From the NCBI GenBank assembly GCA_030704615.1, contig CM060732.1, forward strand, positions 45,012,001-45,076,000: a stretch of 64,000 nt of DNA, read 5' to 3'. Of this stretch, positions 26,990 through 40,752 are shown piece by piece. The position numbers and the translations under genes are program-made. Positions within the stretch are counted from its first letter, which is position 1. Each line of letters starts with the position of its first letter. The notes under the pieces were generated by a model. It was not told the origin of the DNA and made no database searches. It saw only the letters and a program-made list of their open reading frames with translations. Source of the stretch: Takakia lepidozioides. Its lineage: Eukaryota; Plantae; Bryophyta.

Positions 26990-28517
26990 AGCGTGATGCC
27001 TTAATAGTTCCCCAGCTCTTCTCTGTCACCTTTCTTGTGTAGATTGACAATGATCCCCTGTCGCAAAAGGGATCATGTCAGTCCTCCAGATAAGGTTAAA
27101 GAGAAGTACAAGGGCCTCTATGATGGGGCCGCCACCCTGCTTGATTAGCTTGTTGACTATGCCATCAGGTCCACCAGCTCTATATCCGTGTAAATGCTCA
27201 ATTGCTTCCACAATCTTAGAAGAACTAATGGGAGCGTTTGTAACCCTTTGAAATATACTCCAGGTCATCAGGGCTGTCTTGAATCGAAGGAACAGTTTTT
27301 TCCAAGTGCGTCTTTCCATTCTTCAAAAGACCCCTCACAGCTAGAGCTAGAATGTCTACCAAGGATACTGTAGTGAGTTTCAAAGGTTTTGACAGTATCA
27401 ACCATTGAAGTCACCACTCCACCTTAGTAGTCCTCAGCGCTTGTACATGCTGACAAGTATAGACGTCGAAGGGCCAACCAGAATCCCTTGTCTTTACCAC
27501 CATGGCGATTTGAGTTTATTTCATTGTATAACTTGTCCCGGTATATATTTTCTTCTGAAACCTTACAAGCTGACTGTTATCTTGGCGGATCTGGTAGTAC
27601 CTAGCCCACAATTTGTTTTGTTGACTTTCAAATTGCGGCAGTCTTTATAGAGGACTCGTCTCTCGGCTGAGTTTGATCTCATTGGTCCACCAATCAATAG
27701 CTCTACTGCAGACAACTAGTGTCCTCCCTATGATCTTGTCAGCCACAGAGGAGATGAAACTCTCCCAAGAATCCACAGCTCTTTTGACTTCATTTCTTGC
27801 ACTGCCAGTCTTGGAGCGAATAGACAAATTGAGGGAGAACCTGTTGCAAGGCCTGGACATTCAGCCTTGACCTCTTCATTTTGGAAATTTTTGTATGTGC
27901 CACTTCCGAATCAAACATTTCACAGATCTTTTGGTGTTGGGGAAACATGTTTTGATCTTTAGTCCAAACCAAGATGTGGTCAGAGGTACTAATATCAGTT
28001 CTGTCAATCAAACACACTGGCACTGTGGGGAAACAAACTCTTGTCCACAATGATACCTGTTCTGTTCGTAATATCAAACCATGCCGTAATGGTTTATCAT
28101 GGATACCACGGTATCCCTTAAGCTTGGTAATCCACAATGGATGGTTCCTCAGTTTGGGCTTTCAGCTCAAAATGGGTGTTGAAATGATGAAGCTCCAAAA
28201 ATATATTACAGTTTGGTAGGTCCATAAAATTGAGGATAGATGGGTAGATTCCCTTGTGATGTGTATGGAATTCAGCTTGTCAGCTTAAATGGGCATAAAG
28301 AACAGGTTGGTGGTTTTACAGGTCCATTGCATTAGGTCTCCTTTTGACCTATTATTCAAGGTTGAAAGTTAAAGTTCTTTGGGACAGTTTATTTGACCGT
28401 CTTCCATTAGAAATTCAGTTCATCCTCACCAAAAGGCCCAATGGTGGGGCATTGAAGTCACCCAATAAGACCACCTCACCTTTGACAAGGAACTTAGCAC
28501 AGTTCAGCTGGCAATTT
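26990..28517 (-). mobile_element. Duplicate of the APE-RT LINE fragment
   Basis: ORFs 27026-27319 and 27790-28137 match copy 1. Confidence 0.85.
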
Positions 28518-30039
28518 GATTGAGAGTAGGGGTCTATGTTCAATCACCACTTCTACTTTCCATATTGACATGTGTAAGCAACTGCAGGATGATGGCGGCC
28601 ATGCGGGAGATTTCAGTGCGCTTTCATGCTTTGGGTTTGCGAAGATTGGTGCCATCTAGGTTGTTCAGCTCCGATGATGTACCATCCGAGTCTGTGTACA
28701 AGAAGGTTGAGGAACTCGCTGCTGAGGTCTCAGAGCTGAAGATTCAATTGAAGAGGATGGTGGCTTGCGTGGATAGGATGTTGCCGGTTTATTCTATGAT
28801 CTTGACGCGTTCCGCCTTGGGTACTCACTGTGGGCGATCAGGAGTTCACGAGGACCCGTAGAATTGCTCTAAAAATAAGATGAGCTCCTCAGGACAGATG
28901 TCCTGAGGAACCCGTCTTACTTTAGCGCAATTCTACACTGCCTGGTAGTGGAGTGATTTGTCCATTGGGGTGCACAGCAGGGGGAGAAATGTATATAACA
29001 GAGATTGATGTTGGAGATACATGGCTGCATCCAGCCTATGTGCCCTGGCATCTGGTCCACGTTGTAATTGGGCAGGTTGGTCAAGCCCATGAGGAGACAG
29101 AGAACTGGAAGTGGAGATGCAAGCGGCTTAGCAAGGGGGTTGGGGGTTGGAAGCATGTCGAACTACTAGACATGCTGCACAGGACCAGCAAAAATCCAGC
29201 AAGCCTCCTCAAGCACTCCTGTGGTCCATCTGTGCTGCCTGGCAGTGCCGTGAATCGGTGTCCCTTGCTGCTCACTGTCCTTGTGCCCAGCCACGTGCCA
29301 TGGGTCCATTTATGTAGTACCAGCAGGGGGAGGGAGGGGAGGGGAGAAGCAATGCGAGATGGAGAGACGCCACAACTTAGTTGCAAATAGCCTGCACCCC
29401 CTGGCATGTACTTTGCTGGTCCAATATTGATGCTTGAGTGAGTGCGAGTGATTTGGGGGTGCTCATTCGTAGTAGGCAGAGAGAGAGTGCTACTGTAAGG
29501 TAGGGGTTGATGCATGCTGTTGTCCTTCGCGGGTCTTCTTGTACTGCAAGGCAGTGAAGTTGATGTGAGTCTGTGGCTCGTGAGTACATTTTCTAGGTGT
29601 CGCAATCAACGACCAAGCTCTTGTATGCCCTGCTCTGCTCTGCTTGTGCTGAATGTTGGTGAAGTGAAGCTGTGGTTCCGATATGGTAGATGTGTTGTGC
29701 AAGTCCAGCAACCATCCACGAAGCTTTCGATTGCAGGCCGCCTGTCCATAAACCATCCAAAGAACTGGAGTAAGAAGCGCATAACACTATGGTGTATTGA
29801 GGAAGGAGGCCTGGCTTGCAAGCAGATGCCAGAGCCCATGGAAGAAGAAATTTATTGGCGACCAGCAGATGCTGCACATTGTGGAGGAGATAGGTGCAGC
29901 AGGTGTCTTCTTCCCTGGGACGACGGAGTGACACCTGGGCTGCGGGTGAGGGAGGGATGAGAGATTCTGGGTTGCACTGCGACTTGAAGCGGGTTGGGGG
30001 AGAGAGGGGAAAAGTGCAGTGGTGGAGGCGGGGGTTGCA

Positions 30040-32085
30040 CTTTGCGAGCATGTGCAGCAGCAGGGGTTGCAGGGGTATATGTTCTCGGACATAACCTTAA
30101 ATTTTATGGGGAAGGACTATCCGCTCTATCGGATTATACTCTTGCAGTCTTCGTACTTCCATTTACTTCTCTCAGGCCCCTGGACAGAGTACAGAAAGCT
30201 GCAAATCGAACTGCAGATTGATGACCCTTCTGTGAGCGCGGAGGGACTGGAGATTGCCTTCTCCTACATGTATGGTATGAGCCCAGTTTTCATTGGAGAT
30301 AATGTGATGGCAGCACTGGTCGCAGGGTGTTTTTGTTGGATGGAGTTCTGTGACAAGTGTGTGCAGTGCATTGTAGCCAACTTGAGGGTGGACACTTTTG
30401 TTGCTTAGAAGCAGCTGTCCGAGTGGCATTGCTATGGCTGGTTTGCCGACCTGATAAGAAATGCTTGTTGGACATTTATTGCCCGCATGCATCGCGCGAG
30501 GTCGTTCATCTCCTTCCAAAGCTTTTCTTTGCAGGTGCTTCCCACCACTCCACTTCCCTCTTTACACCCCGCCATTCCACCTGATTTAGTAATCTCATCA
30601 GCCCCAAGTGTGGCATTCAATATGGTTGGGGCAATCTGCGGGTGTGCATGTGCATAGCCCTATCCAGGAAGGTCTTTCCATTGCAGTGAGGGTCAAGGTC
30701 GGTGGATTTAGGGGGTTGTATGTGTTGCTCTTGCACATGACTCTGAGTTTGTCATTCAGAATTCTCGGGTGATGTTGAATCTGAGAAGGAAAGAGGTGAA
30801 CAAGCCTGAGACTCATGACGTGTTCATCTGGAGAGGAATAATTCACACTGTGCCTTCTAAACTTGGCGAATATGAGGATTCGTTGGGTGCATGTAGTCGG
30901 TTGGTCTTAATTACATCAATCGTGCCTGGAAGTGACATGGAATCTACTGGGGTCATGGAGGAGAATTCTAACGTGCTTGGCACTTGGATGGCACTTACTT
31001 CAGGAACCCATGTATGTCCAGATCTCACCCGGATAATCATTGCTACTGAAGTCTTGAGTGGAGAGAATCATTTTGTCTGAGCTATAGTGATGTGTGCAGA
31101 TATGTGTCAGTACAGTATCTGCAAATAAAACATTCTTAGGTCACGGGATATGAAATCCCCAGACGTAATTTCCATGTGGATGAAACATTTATGTTCTGGA
31201 AATTGGTGGTGAGGATTGGATTTGACCCCCACCAGTTCGCAAGCATGGGGTCTGGGACACAAGAAACATGCACTCATTTTGGCACAAAGATTGTCAGGCA
31301 GCACTTTTAATGAGGGAATTGTATGATCATACTCCGAAGTGTGAGAGAAGTCAAGAATTTCTGAGGTGATGATGATCTGAGACATCAAGAATTGTAGCTA
31401 CAGCATCCAGTCAACGAATTTGCAGATTACTTCATTACCTACAGAGGCAATGGTTTGTCTCTCCCTCTTAGTCATCATGGTTGCCACCTGTGAGAGAGAT
31501 GATTAGTCACAACCCTTGTTACTTCCAGCTAGTGAAGCTGGTTTGGCACCTTACTAGGTGGACAACGCGTACAGAGACCACAGGATAAAAGGTGCATTGG
31601 CAGGGTTTTATGTGTGTCGGTGGGGGGTTGGATTTACCAGACAGACAGGTAGGTACTAAGAGGGACTGAATAATGCTGTTGTGTGGCTGATCTAGCTCGT
31701 TTGGGGAAATAGTCCTTGTGTAGGTGTTATGCAGGCTGTTGAAATCAGATGAACTGTGGGTTCTCAGTGAATCATAGTGCAGACTGGAAGTTAGCACGTG
31801 TGAAACCCACTGATTTTGTTTCAGAATGCCCAGGTGGAAAAGGTGAAAGGTCAACACTCACTCCAACGGGAAGGCTGCGTGGAATCTGACAGTCATGAGC
31901 AACAGCAACAAGAGAAACACAATGAAGGCTGGGGCGATTGCAAAAGGCTGAGAAGAAGTAAAGGAGGTGCTGCTGCTGCTGCTCTCCCATTGATAGAGGT
32001 GGCGAAGGAGGCCAGCTTGCAGACAAATGAGGCTGTATATGAGACAGACCTAAAGAAGCTGCAGATGTTATGGGAGGTTGATTAG
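30040..32085 (+). pseudogene. Duplicate BTB/POZ pseudogene
   Basis: ORF 30019-30408 gives the BTB plus start of the BACK-like region, ending at the shared TAG. Confidence 0.75.
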
Positions 32086-32134
32086 CCATTGAGAGGTGTG
32101 TGTATGTGTGTGTGTGTGTGTGTGTCTCTCTCTC

Positions 32135-32455
32135 GCCTATGTCCAGCTTGCATAGGGCGCTGCAAGGAAATTGAAACTGAAGAACACTTCTTCTACTGCC
32201 CTCTATACTACGAGATCCGTGGGAGATTTCACTGTTTATTCAGTGGAACCCAAACTCTCACTGATGTCTTTCACTATGAGGATCAAAAATGCGTGGCAGC
32301 CTACTTACACGAGGCCTTCACCCTTAGACAATCGCTAGAACATTAATTGTGGTTTTCTGGATTTGTTCCTCTCTCATTTTCTTCTTCCATTTGTCCCATA
32401 AGCTCTACGAGCTTTCCGCGGACGTTATAAGCACCATTTCATTTCATTTCATTTC
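32135..32455 (+). mobile_element. Duplicate 5'-truncated LINE tail
   Basis: Same as 15313-15630. Confidence 0.8.
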
Positions 32456-34224
32456 TCTCTCTCTCCTCTGAAAATCCCGAGGCTGAGCCTACAGCCCTGG
32501 CACTGTTGGGGTCTAATTGCCGGGCAGCTCAGACACAGCAGATTTGTGTGAGGGCTTTCTAGAGGATATCTTGAAAGCCTGAACCAATTGTTTATATCAA
32601 GGTAAGCCATCCCACTACCGGAATGAGCCCTTCACAAAAGGTAGTGTCTGTTCCCTCTTGTTCTGCCCACACTGGGTGCTGGGTCTGTGGCCACAAGGCT
32701 ACAACAAACAACGTCTCATGTACATTGTCTCCTCTCGAGTACAGGACTTGTCCAATGGTACAAGTGGAGACAGAAGATCCTGTTTTCTTCTGGTGCCCTA
32801 TTTTCTCGGAGATCCCTGGCAGAGGCCTTCAGGGGACCCAAAGAGCCCTGTATGAGACAGTCCTTGTGCAGCATTATTTTTTTCCTTGCTCTTGGTTTCT
32901 GTGATACTGCACAGAGAGGAAAGGGAGCTTGCAATTGCCCATTGTGTGGGCAACCTGAAGACTATTCATTTTCTGATTCTTTCTATTGTGTTCTCTCACC
33001 AGAGAGATGCTCTCTTCAAGTTTACGAAGGGAATTGTGCCTGTACCTCTGGTTATCAACTTTGAAAGAGTTGATGCTGAGCCAAAAGCCCAGGCCCTTTT
33101 TGGGCCCCAAACCACATACAGCAGGTTGACGCATCTGGAAAGGGATTTCTAGAGGATAGCTGGGAAACCTAGATCAATAATTGTTTATTCAAAGGTAAGT
33201 CTTACTAACGGCATCAGCCTTTGACAAACGTAGGTTCTGCCCCTTTGTGTTCCGCTCAAACCGGGCGCGGGGTCAATGGCCACAAGGCTAACAAACAACG
33301 TCTATGAGTACATTCTCTATCTATGTATGTCCCGTGCTGATACTGGAAGGCTATAGCAGCAGTGGTTTAATGAACGTCATACTCTGCACGATCGATGCTC
33401 TCTAGTATGAATAATACTCTTTCCCTTCGAACCTGCTTGCTGGCTGTGGTATATCAGTGGGCTCAACCCCCCAACCAGGTATGTCATATCAAACGTTCGC
33501 AGGAACGATGGGGATACACAGAGGCGGTCATAGCAAGGAGATGTGAAAACAGATGTGCAGGACATCGACATTGGGGTTGAATAAACAAACAGAAGAAACG
33601 TCAGGCAGTGAACAAGTGACACACACAAATGCTGCTGAATAGATGAGGATCAGGGATTGTGGAAGTACAGAAAGATCAGGGAGCTGCAATTAGCACTCGA
33701 GAAACTCAACTACCAACACCTAATCCCCATTGAAGCAACGAAGCAACCTATATCCAGACAGAGCAAGCAACACTGGTAACGGTAAGAGTAGAGAGACAAT
33801 GGCATACGATTGACCTGCCAAAACCAAAGAGAGAGGACGCTGACAGGGGCCTATGAATGGCAGTATCGAGTATCGAATTTGACCTCTGCTTCAGACTCGA
33901 GCTACCGAGTCTTGTTCTGGAAATTTTCCTTTGCCATCCAGTATTCCTCATGATCCCTGCAAAGACAGCACTGATGGGTCTCAGTTTGTTCTTCACAACA
34001 TGAGCCCATGTTTTTGTGAAAAGAGAGACAAAGAAACAGTTCTCGAAACAGTCTACAATGAAAACTTCTCGAGAACATGTTCCCATGAATGGAACAGAGA
34101 AACGGAAAGGAGGAAAGGGAAGTGGCCAGAAAGGGTCAGCAAACTTGTCTGTGTTCTCGAGAGCCTGCAATCGAAGGCGAGGAGGTCTTTGTTAGTATGC
34201 TTGTTCTGAGCAAGGCAGCCGAAG

Positions 34225-34433
34225 ATGGCGTTCTCGTCGCTGAGAGGGCTTGCCAGCATGAAGCTGAAGGAAGTGCCCAGCTTTGTGAAGTCGAGTGTGA
34301 CAGCGTCAGGCCTTTGAACGATGCGATGATCTCCCTCTTCCTTCTCTCTTACGCCGTTGGCTGGACCACGGAGATTCGGCACCTGCGCCATGCTGAGGAG
34401 GAGGCCAAACATGGTGGCAAAGGACACCACTGA
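34225..34433 (+). pseudogene. Mitochondrial ATP synthase subunit f (plant ATP17-like) pseudogene with internal deletion
   Basis: MAFSSLRGLASMKLKEVPSFVKSSV joined out of frame to DSVRPLNDAMISLFLLSYAVGWTTEIRHLRHAEEEAKHGGKGHH*. The middle segment of about 20 codons is missing. Confidence 0.75.
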
Positions 34434-35686
34434 TATGCGATTTGGTCTTTGCGGTTCTTCTTTATTAGTCCTTCCAATATTCTTCTAAGGTTTCGTAGCA
34501 TGGGTTATCTGGATTGGAGGGTCGCGATTGATAGGGAGGACTCAAGGAGAGCTCCCATTGCTCTCTGCTGGAGTGATGATATAGTTCAAGTCTAAACTCC
34601 TCCTTGAATAAAATTTGCTTGTATTACCAACAACTAGTCAGACTCTGTTTTGTAATGGTAGAACTGTGATCGTGACAAAAAGCTGTAAGCATACCTGATG
34701 TAATGAAAATTTCTGGTGCTGTAAACCAATGTATAGCACCGATGCTCAGCTCTCAAATCGAGGCCGGGTAGTTTGAGCTACAATGCTTTGCAATGTGGTG
34801 TTTAGTGACATTGATGATGTTTGGTAGCATCCAGGGGTGGACTACTGGGCTCATGGGAAGGGCAGGGCCATCCTCAGGGGGTTCCTAAAAATGCAAATTG
34901 GTTTCTGGGAAGGCAAATTTTCTCTGCAGTTGACTACATTGATGAGTGTTTACACTCCCAGAGGATCACAAAAGTCTCAATCTCTATCCGTGTAGAAATA
35001 TGTGACAGCTATGAATTCAAAGAGAACAAATTCTTATCAAACTCCATCACATGTGATTGGAATCAAATAAACTTGAAGCCCCCCATCCACAGGAAAGCCT
35101 CATTGCCCATTTTTCCACAATTGAGCTCTGGGTAGCTATTACAGTGTTGTGTAGGTTCTAATGGTATGGCTCTATTAAGAAAAACCCAATAGAAAGGCGG
35201 TCACAGATTCAAGACCTCAGGGAATATTAGCAAAGAAATGCAAAACGCACACAACATTAAATGACAACACTCTAGGAATCAGGCCTTAATTTCATGGAGT
35301 CAAACAGAGAGAAGTTTGCCTCCAAAAGGTTACTAGAGATCTGAGTAGTACTTGTTATCGAGACACCCCCCTCCGCAAGAAGAATCTGGTAACAAAACCC
35401 AGAACATGGTGCTTGAAAAACATGCCACAAAACTTGTGCTCATGCAGACTTGCTTGGTTGGTCTAGTGGCACAGGTGGTAAAAACCTAAAGAGTTCCTTG
35501 GCACCAGATTCCAACCAGCAGAGGCCCCATGCTTCCAGTGGGTGTCACTAAGGGACAAGTTCCCTTGAGATTTGTCTTGTCTGGTAGTCCTCCTCCTCCT
35601 TCTGCCTCCCATTTACTTGTTCTTTTACTCTTAGCAACATTGCCTCCACAGGATCCAAGGGAAAGACTCACATATCGAAGGTGCCA

Positions 35687-36307
35687 GTGGCACCATTGAA
35701 GGCTGTGGCAGTGCTAACAGGGACTCCTGGAATCAGTGGGGTTGTAACTTTCTCACAGGATGGCGTGCAAGGTTAATATCATATCTTGGTTCTTGTCTCC
35801 CAGTATGTCTGCAGCTAGAGCTTTAATTGTGTCGGGGAATCGACAGTTTAAATAGTCATTGTCTGATCATGGTCAAGTGCCGTCTATTACAGAGTAATCC
35901 AATGTTCCTTTCTCCAAGATAAGTATGCCATTGAGAGCAAGTGATCTTTCTCAAGTTTTAGTGAGACAAGACCACTTTGATCAATGGTGACAATATGTGA
36001 TAGAGGTGCCCAGAATCAAGTTGTTGGATGTACTGGCCACTTCATGCAGTATTCTATTGTTTCAAAACTTTAGATCCAATCCATGGATGGTTACATATGT
36101 AGTTGAAATCTGTTCTAGGTGCTTTACAAATTGGGAAGAAATCCAATGAGACTGTTGCTGCAGGTGAACAAGAGTGAGTGCAATTTTTTATTGCTGAGAT
36201 TGCAGGCCCTACAGTGATCGAGGGAAAAGTTTGTGGTTTGAGGCAAGGCAACCATGGCTTCCACATCCATGCTCTTGGTGGTACCACCAATGGCTGTCTT
36301 TCCACTG
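35687..36307 (+). pseudogene. CSD: Cu/Zn superoxide dismutase 5' fragment (exons 35687-35771 and 36206-36307)
   Basis: (GTG)APLKAVAVLTGTPGISGVVTFSQDGVQ|[35 protein letters not shown] with GT-AG intron. GTG where ATG is expected; no downstream GPHFNP exon found. Confidence 0.85.
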
Positions 36308-36878
36308 GTATGAATCCCATTAGTTTTCCTTGCATTTTCACGGTTACACGTAATCCTGCATCCATCCTCTGCCTTCCACACACATCGTATGAAAAGACTA
36401 GGGAAGCAAAACTTGCATTAAGTAGATCAATAAATGTACCTGCGGACAGGGTCATCTAGGTCAACAACCGGCTTCCCACTGAGTGGCCATGTAATATTTA
36501 GAACTGAGTACTTGCAGCTTGTAAGCAATACATCATTCACATCTCCCTCTGAATGTTCATCTCCAGACTTGTGTGTGATCTTTCTGCACAGATAATACAA
36601 AGTAACAGTAACATTACCCACGGAGGGTTCCCTCCCCTGCCTCTAATCTATCACGCTATCTGCTCGTCTCAAACATCTTCATGGCAATAACTTCTCAGAG
36701 GTCCAATACTTCTTTCCTAAATTTCAAAACAAAATATCCTTGGTTTTCGACATCACCCTATAGATTACCTTGCATTCAGCTCTTGCCTCTCCATCAACAT
36801 ATTGCAGAACTTCTATGAAGCCGTCCTCCTCATCCACCTGCTTATCTGATCTCACATCCTTTGGCATGTCTGCCATCT

Positions 36879-38905
36879 TTAAAACTGTAGCTGTACCCTG
36901 CCCTCGTTCCCAACACCATCCTCCATCATTTTTTTCACCTTTGCTTTGTCATCCCACCTGCCAGCTGTGGCATATATGTTTGATAGCAGCACATAAGCTC
37001 CCGAGTGCTGAGGATCCCACTCAAGAATTTTGCCAGGCATTCTCCTCTTTCTACATCCCCATGAACTCTGCACGCACCAAGCAGGGCCCCCCACACCCCA
37101 GCATCTGGTATGATAGGCATTGAGTAAATGAAGTCCTCTGCCTCGTCCAATTGCCCTGCCCGGCCAAGAAGGTCCACCAGGCAGCCAAAGTGCTCCAACG
37201 TAGGTGTGAAGCAATGATCTCGATTCATGGAATCAAAGTAGTGAAGGCCCTCATCCACTAGACCCACATGGCTGCATGCTGAGAGAACAGAAGTGAAGGT
37301 GATGCTATCTGGCTTCAAGCCTTTCTGCTGCATTTGTTCAAATAGTTGGAGGGCCTCCCTACCACACCCATGCTGAGCATATCCTGCAATCATGGCACTC
37401 CATGAAACCACATTTCGTTTAACCATATTATCAAACACTCTTCGAGCATCCTTTATGCTCCCGCATTTGGCATATGTGTCAACAAGAGCGTTCTCCAAAT
37501 TAACGTATGACACAATTCCGGCCTTGACGATGTCGGCATGGACCTCCTTCACCTTTTCCAGGGCTCCGTAGCTGGCACATGCATTAAGAATGCAAATAAA
37601 TGTGACCCTGTTGGGTGCCACCCCTTCCAGTTGCATTTGCTTATAGAGTTTCAGAGCCTCTGGACCACAGCTATGCTGAGCATATCCTGCCATCATTGCA
37701 CTCCATGAGACCACATCTCGGATAACCATTATGTCAAACACTTGATGGGCATCCTTAACACTGCCACATTTGGTATACATGTCAATTAGGGCATTCTGCA
37801 ATTTGACGTGTGACTGCACCCCAGCTTTGATGATGTCAGCATGGACTCGCTTGCCCTTTTCCAGTACTCCTAGGCTGGCACACGCATTGACAACACAGAT
37901 GAATGTGACCCTGTCGGGGGTCACCTGTTCCTGCTGCATTTGCTCATAGAGGGCTAAAGCATCCCTGCCACAGCCATGCTGAGCATATCCTGCGATCATC
38001 GCATTCCATGAGACCACATCTCGTTCCACCATTTTATCAAACACTTGACGTGCATCCTCTACCCTCCTGCATTTGGCATACATGTGCACAAGGCTAGTCT
38101 CCAAAACAATATCTGAGACCAGTCCAGTTCTGATAATATTAGTATGAATCTGCTTGCCCTTTTCCAGGGCTCCTAGGCTGGCACACACATTGAGAACAGT
38201 AGTGTAGATAACCCTGTCAGGCATCAACCCTTTCCTCAGCATTTGCTCATAGACTTTGAAAGCCTCCTCGGCAGGCCCATGCTTGGCATATCCTGCAATC
38301 ATTATATCCCACGTAACTATATCTCGTTCAGACATTTGCTCAACCACTTGTTGTGCATCCACCATGCTCCCGCACTTCACATACATATTTACAAGAGTGT
38401 TAAATAAGAAGATGTTTAGCTTGAATTCACTTTGGATAATGTGTGCATGCACCTTCTTCCCATCTGCCAGGGATTTCATGCTGGTGCACCTCTGCAAAAG
38501 ACAGACATAAGTATTGAAATCTGCCCGAGCACCTCGTTGGTCCAAAATGAGCAGCACCTCTCTGAGTCTTCCCTCCTTGCACAGTGTCATCAGATACTCC
38601 CGAGTCCCAGACGTGACCTCGTTGACCCCTTCTTTTGGCCCTGCTTTAAAATTATTGAGCTTCTTCTGCCTACAGGCGACAAACATTAAGGCCCTTCCTC
38701 TCCCTCTCCCTCTCCCTCTCTCGATGGAGATGTGAAACCAGAATAACTTTCCGGAATCATACCTGGGGAAAGTCTCACTTGCAAGGAGATTTGCCACAAA
38801 ATCTCTGCTCAAAGCACAGACGGCACAAACGCCTGTAGCCCACATTAGCTTCACATTCGCTCCACTTGATGCCGTTCGTTGTGCACACGGGTGCACCTCT
38901 TGCAT
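36879..38905 (-). CDS. PLS-class pentatricopeptide repeat protein with E domain (organellar RNA-editing-type); frameshift near 37030, no DYW visible
   Basis: Intronless ORF with repeated LVxMYAKCG/DVVSWNAMIAGYAQHG/TFICxLNACASLG motifs. The E-domain tail ILEWDPQHSGAYVLLSNIYATAGRWDD lies in a different frame (36879-37214). Start codon uncertain (38905 or 38686). Confidence 0.85.
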
Positions 38906-40075
38906 GGACGTGAGCTTTCTAACCACTCGTCTAACCCCTGCACATCATGGGCCTTATGTTACATGATAGTGATTTGGAAATGTTGGCCAATGGCAGTTGA
39001 TGTTTTGAAGAAGATGCTAGTGGACAAACTGCCAAATGACCTAGAAGGGATATAATGATACGTGGGATACGCAAAGCATAGATACGTATCCCACGCAAAG
39101 CATAATCGAGACAGTATTTGGATTATGTCGATGACATTGTGGTGACTTTTTTGGCAATGGAACATGCAGTGATTGTCGGAGAAGTTCAAGGAGAGGGATG
39201 TGCATCTCACGGAGTCAGCCACTCTTAGTTACAAGACATTCATGCTTATGGTGCTTCCATTCATTGTCGCTTGAACATCAGTCATCTTCCTGGTGTCAAG
39301 GCTGCCTGCCTAGTTTCTTCATTAATTCAACACCAAATTGTACTCGAGGTACTCTTGTTGTGGAGACTGGCCTAGCATGGCTTTTGGTGGTGTTGCTGTG
39401 TCTAGCCCCAGTAGGAATATTGCCTTACCACCTTGAATTCCAGAGATTTTGACATGGAAAATGCATTTGGTTTAAGAGTGTAAAGTTGTTGAAACAAGCC
39501 TTCCTTTGTAAATGGGTAGTAGCATGAATTGGGTAGGGAAGGAGGTACTATGTACACAACTTTGTACATGATACAGTAGCATGAATTGGTGACAGAAAGA
39601 GGTAATATACAGCAGCCTGTCACATGTTCCCTAAGCTATTCAGAAGGATTATTACATCATTGTTCAGAGAATTGTACTTATATTGAGTTTTTGGCTCCTA
39701 ATTGGAGCAACTAAGTTATGACTTGGTGCTATGGCATGTCATTATTATACAAATAGAGTCCTTGTTGTGACTTGTGACTTGTGGGCTTGGTATTTGGTGC
39801 ATAAGTAACCTCTTTAATGCTTTTTTTTTTCAATGCATTGATTTCCTCTCCCCAAGTTTTATGTTTGTGATTTGTGATTTTATGATGCAAAAGCGAATTA
39901 TGTCCTCAACTACAACCTTTCTGTACACATTGGGCTCAGCAAGCTCACTATGAACTTATGTTTGTATGCACTTATGTTCTTACTCTTTGGCAGCTTGTGT
40001 GTGGTCACTAGCCCTATTTTTAAATCATATCGTGAAGCATTTCTATGAAACATCTATCACAACATGTATACATAC

Positions 40076-40102
40076 TAAACCCTAAACCAAAACACCCTAA
40101 AC
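40076..40102 (-). repeat. Degenerate telomere-like/telo-box run (CCCTAAA)
   Basis: ctaaaccctaaaccaaaacaccctaaac. Confidence 0.45.
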
Positions 40103-40752
40103 ACACTGAGAATGTGTTGAGCACCATGGGCATCAGGATTCAAGCTCCACTGCATTTAGAAGTTGAATGAACACTGACATGATACATTTTGTGCCCCAAG
40201 TCTGGCAACAATAAAATTTATGAGGATCATGTCATAAAGGACAATCCTTCTAAGATTCTGATTGAAGGTATTACTCATGGCTTGAACTCAGTGCCAAGCT
40301 GTTCTGCGAACCCTATTCTATTTTCATGGGACTCTTTTCCTCCACTGTCTGTGGCCTTTCTGCTGTGTGAGAATTATTGATGGCCAGTATTGTAACAGCA
40401 ATCACCAAGTTAGGCCATTTCTTCCAGGAGTTTCCAAGAGGTCCCTAATATTATGAATTACTACTGCCATAGTTGGCTGCTCCGCATCTGACTCGCATGG
40501 CTGTTCACCTCAAGAACCTCAAGATTTCCACACAAGACAGTGATATGATGAAGAATAGCCAACCTCAAGACATTCAATGGGTAGAGGTATTACTACGGCT
40601 CGTCAAAGTTCCTGTCTCAATTTGGTCCACTGCCTTGCTCTTGGAACCAGGGGTGTATTCTAGACTCACTTGGGTCAGCAGCAGCCACAGAATTGGATAG
40701 CCAAGCTTGAGCTTGGTGGTTGGAACTAACATTCAAGACTGCGGAAGCCCAT

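Larger units (their letters stand above)
17163..33979 (+). repeat. Copy 2 of tandem segmental duplication
   Basis: Near-identical to 398-17141, with scattered substitutions, many 1-2 bp indels and one 75-bp insertion. Continues into unique sequence at 33980. Confidence 0.97.

Noticed and set aside
17163-33979. LINE-mediated 3' transduction as the origin of copy 2
   Set aside because: No tail or TSD at the far end, and copy 2 continues seamlessly into unique DNA. Tandem duplication is simpler.
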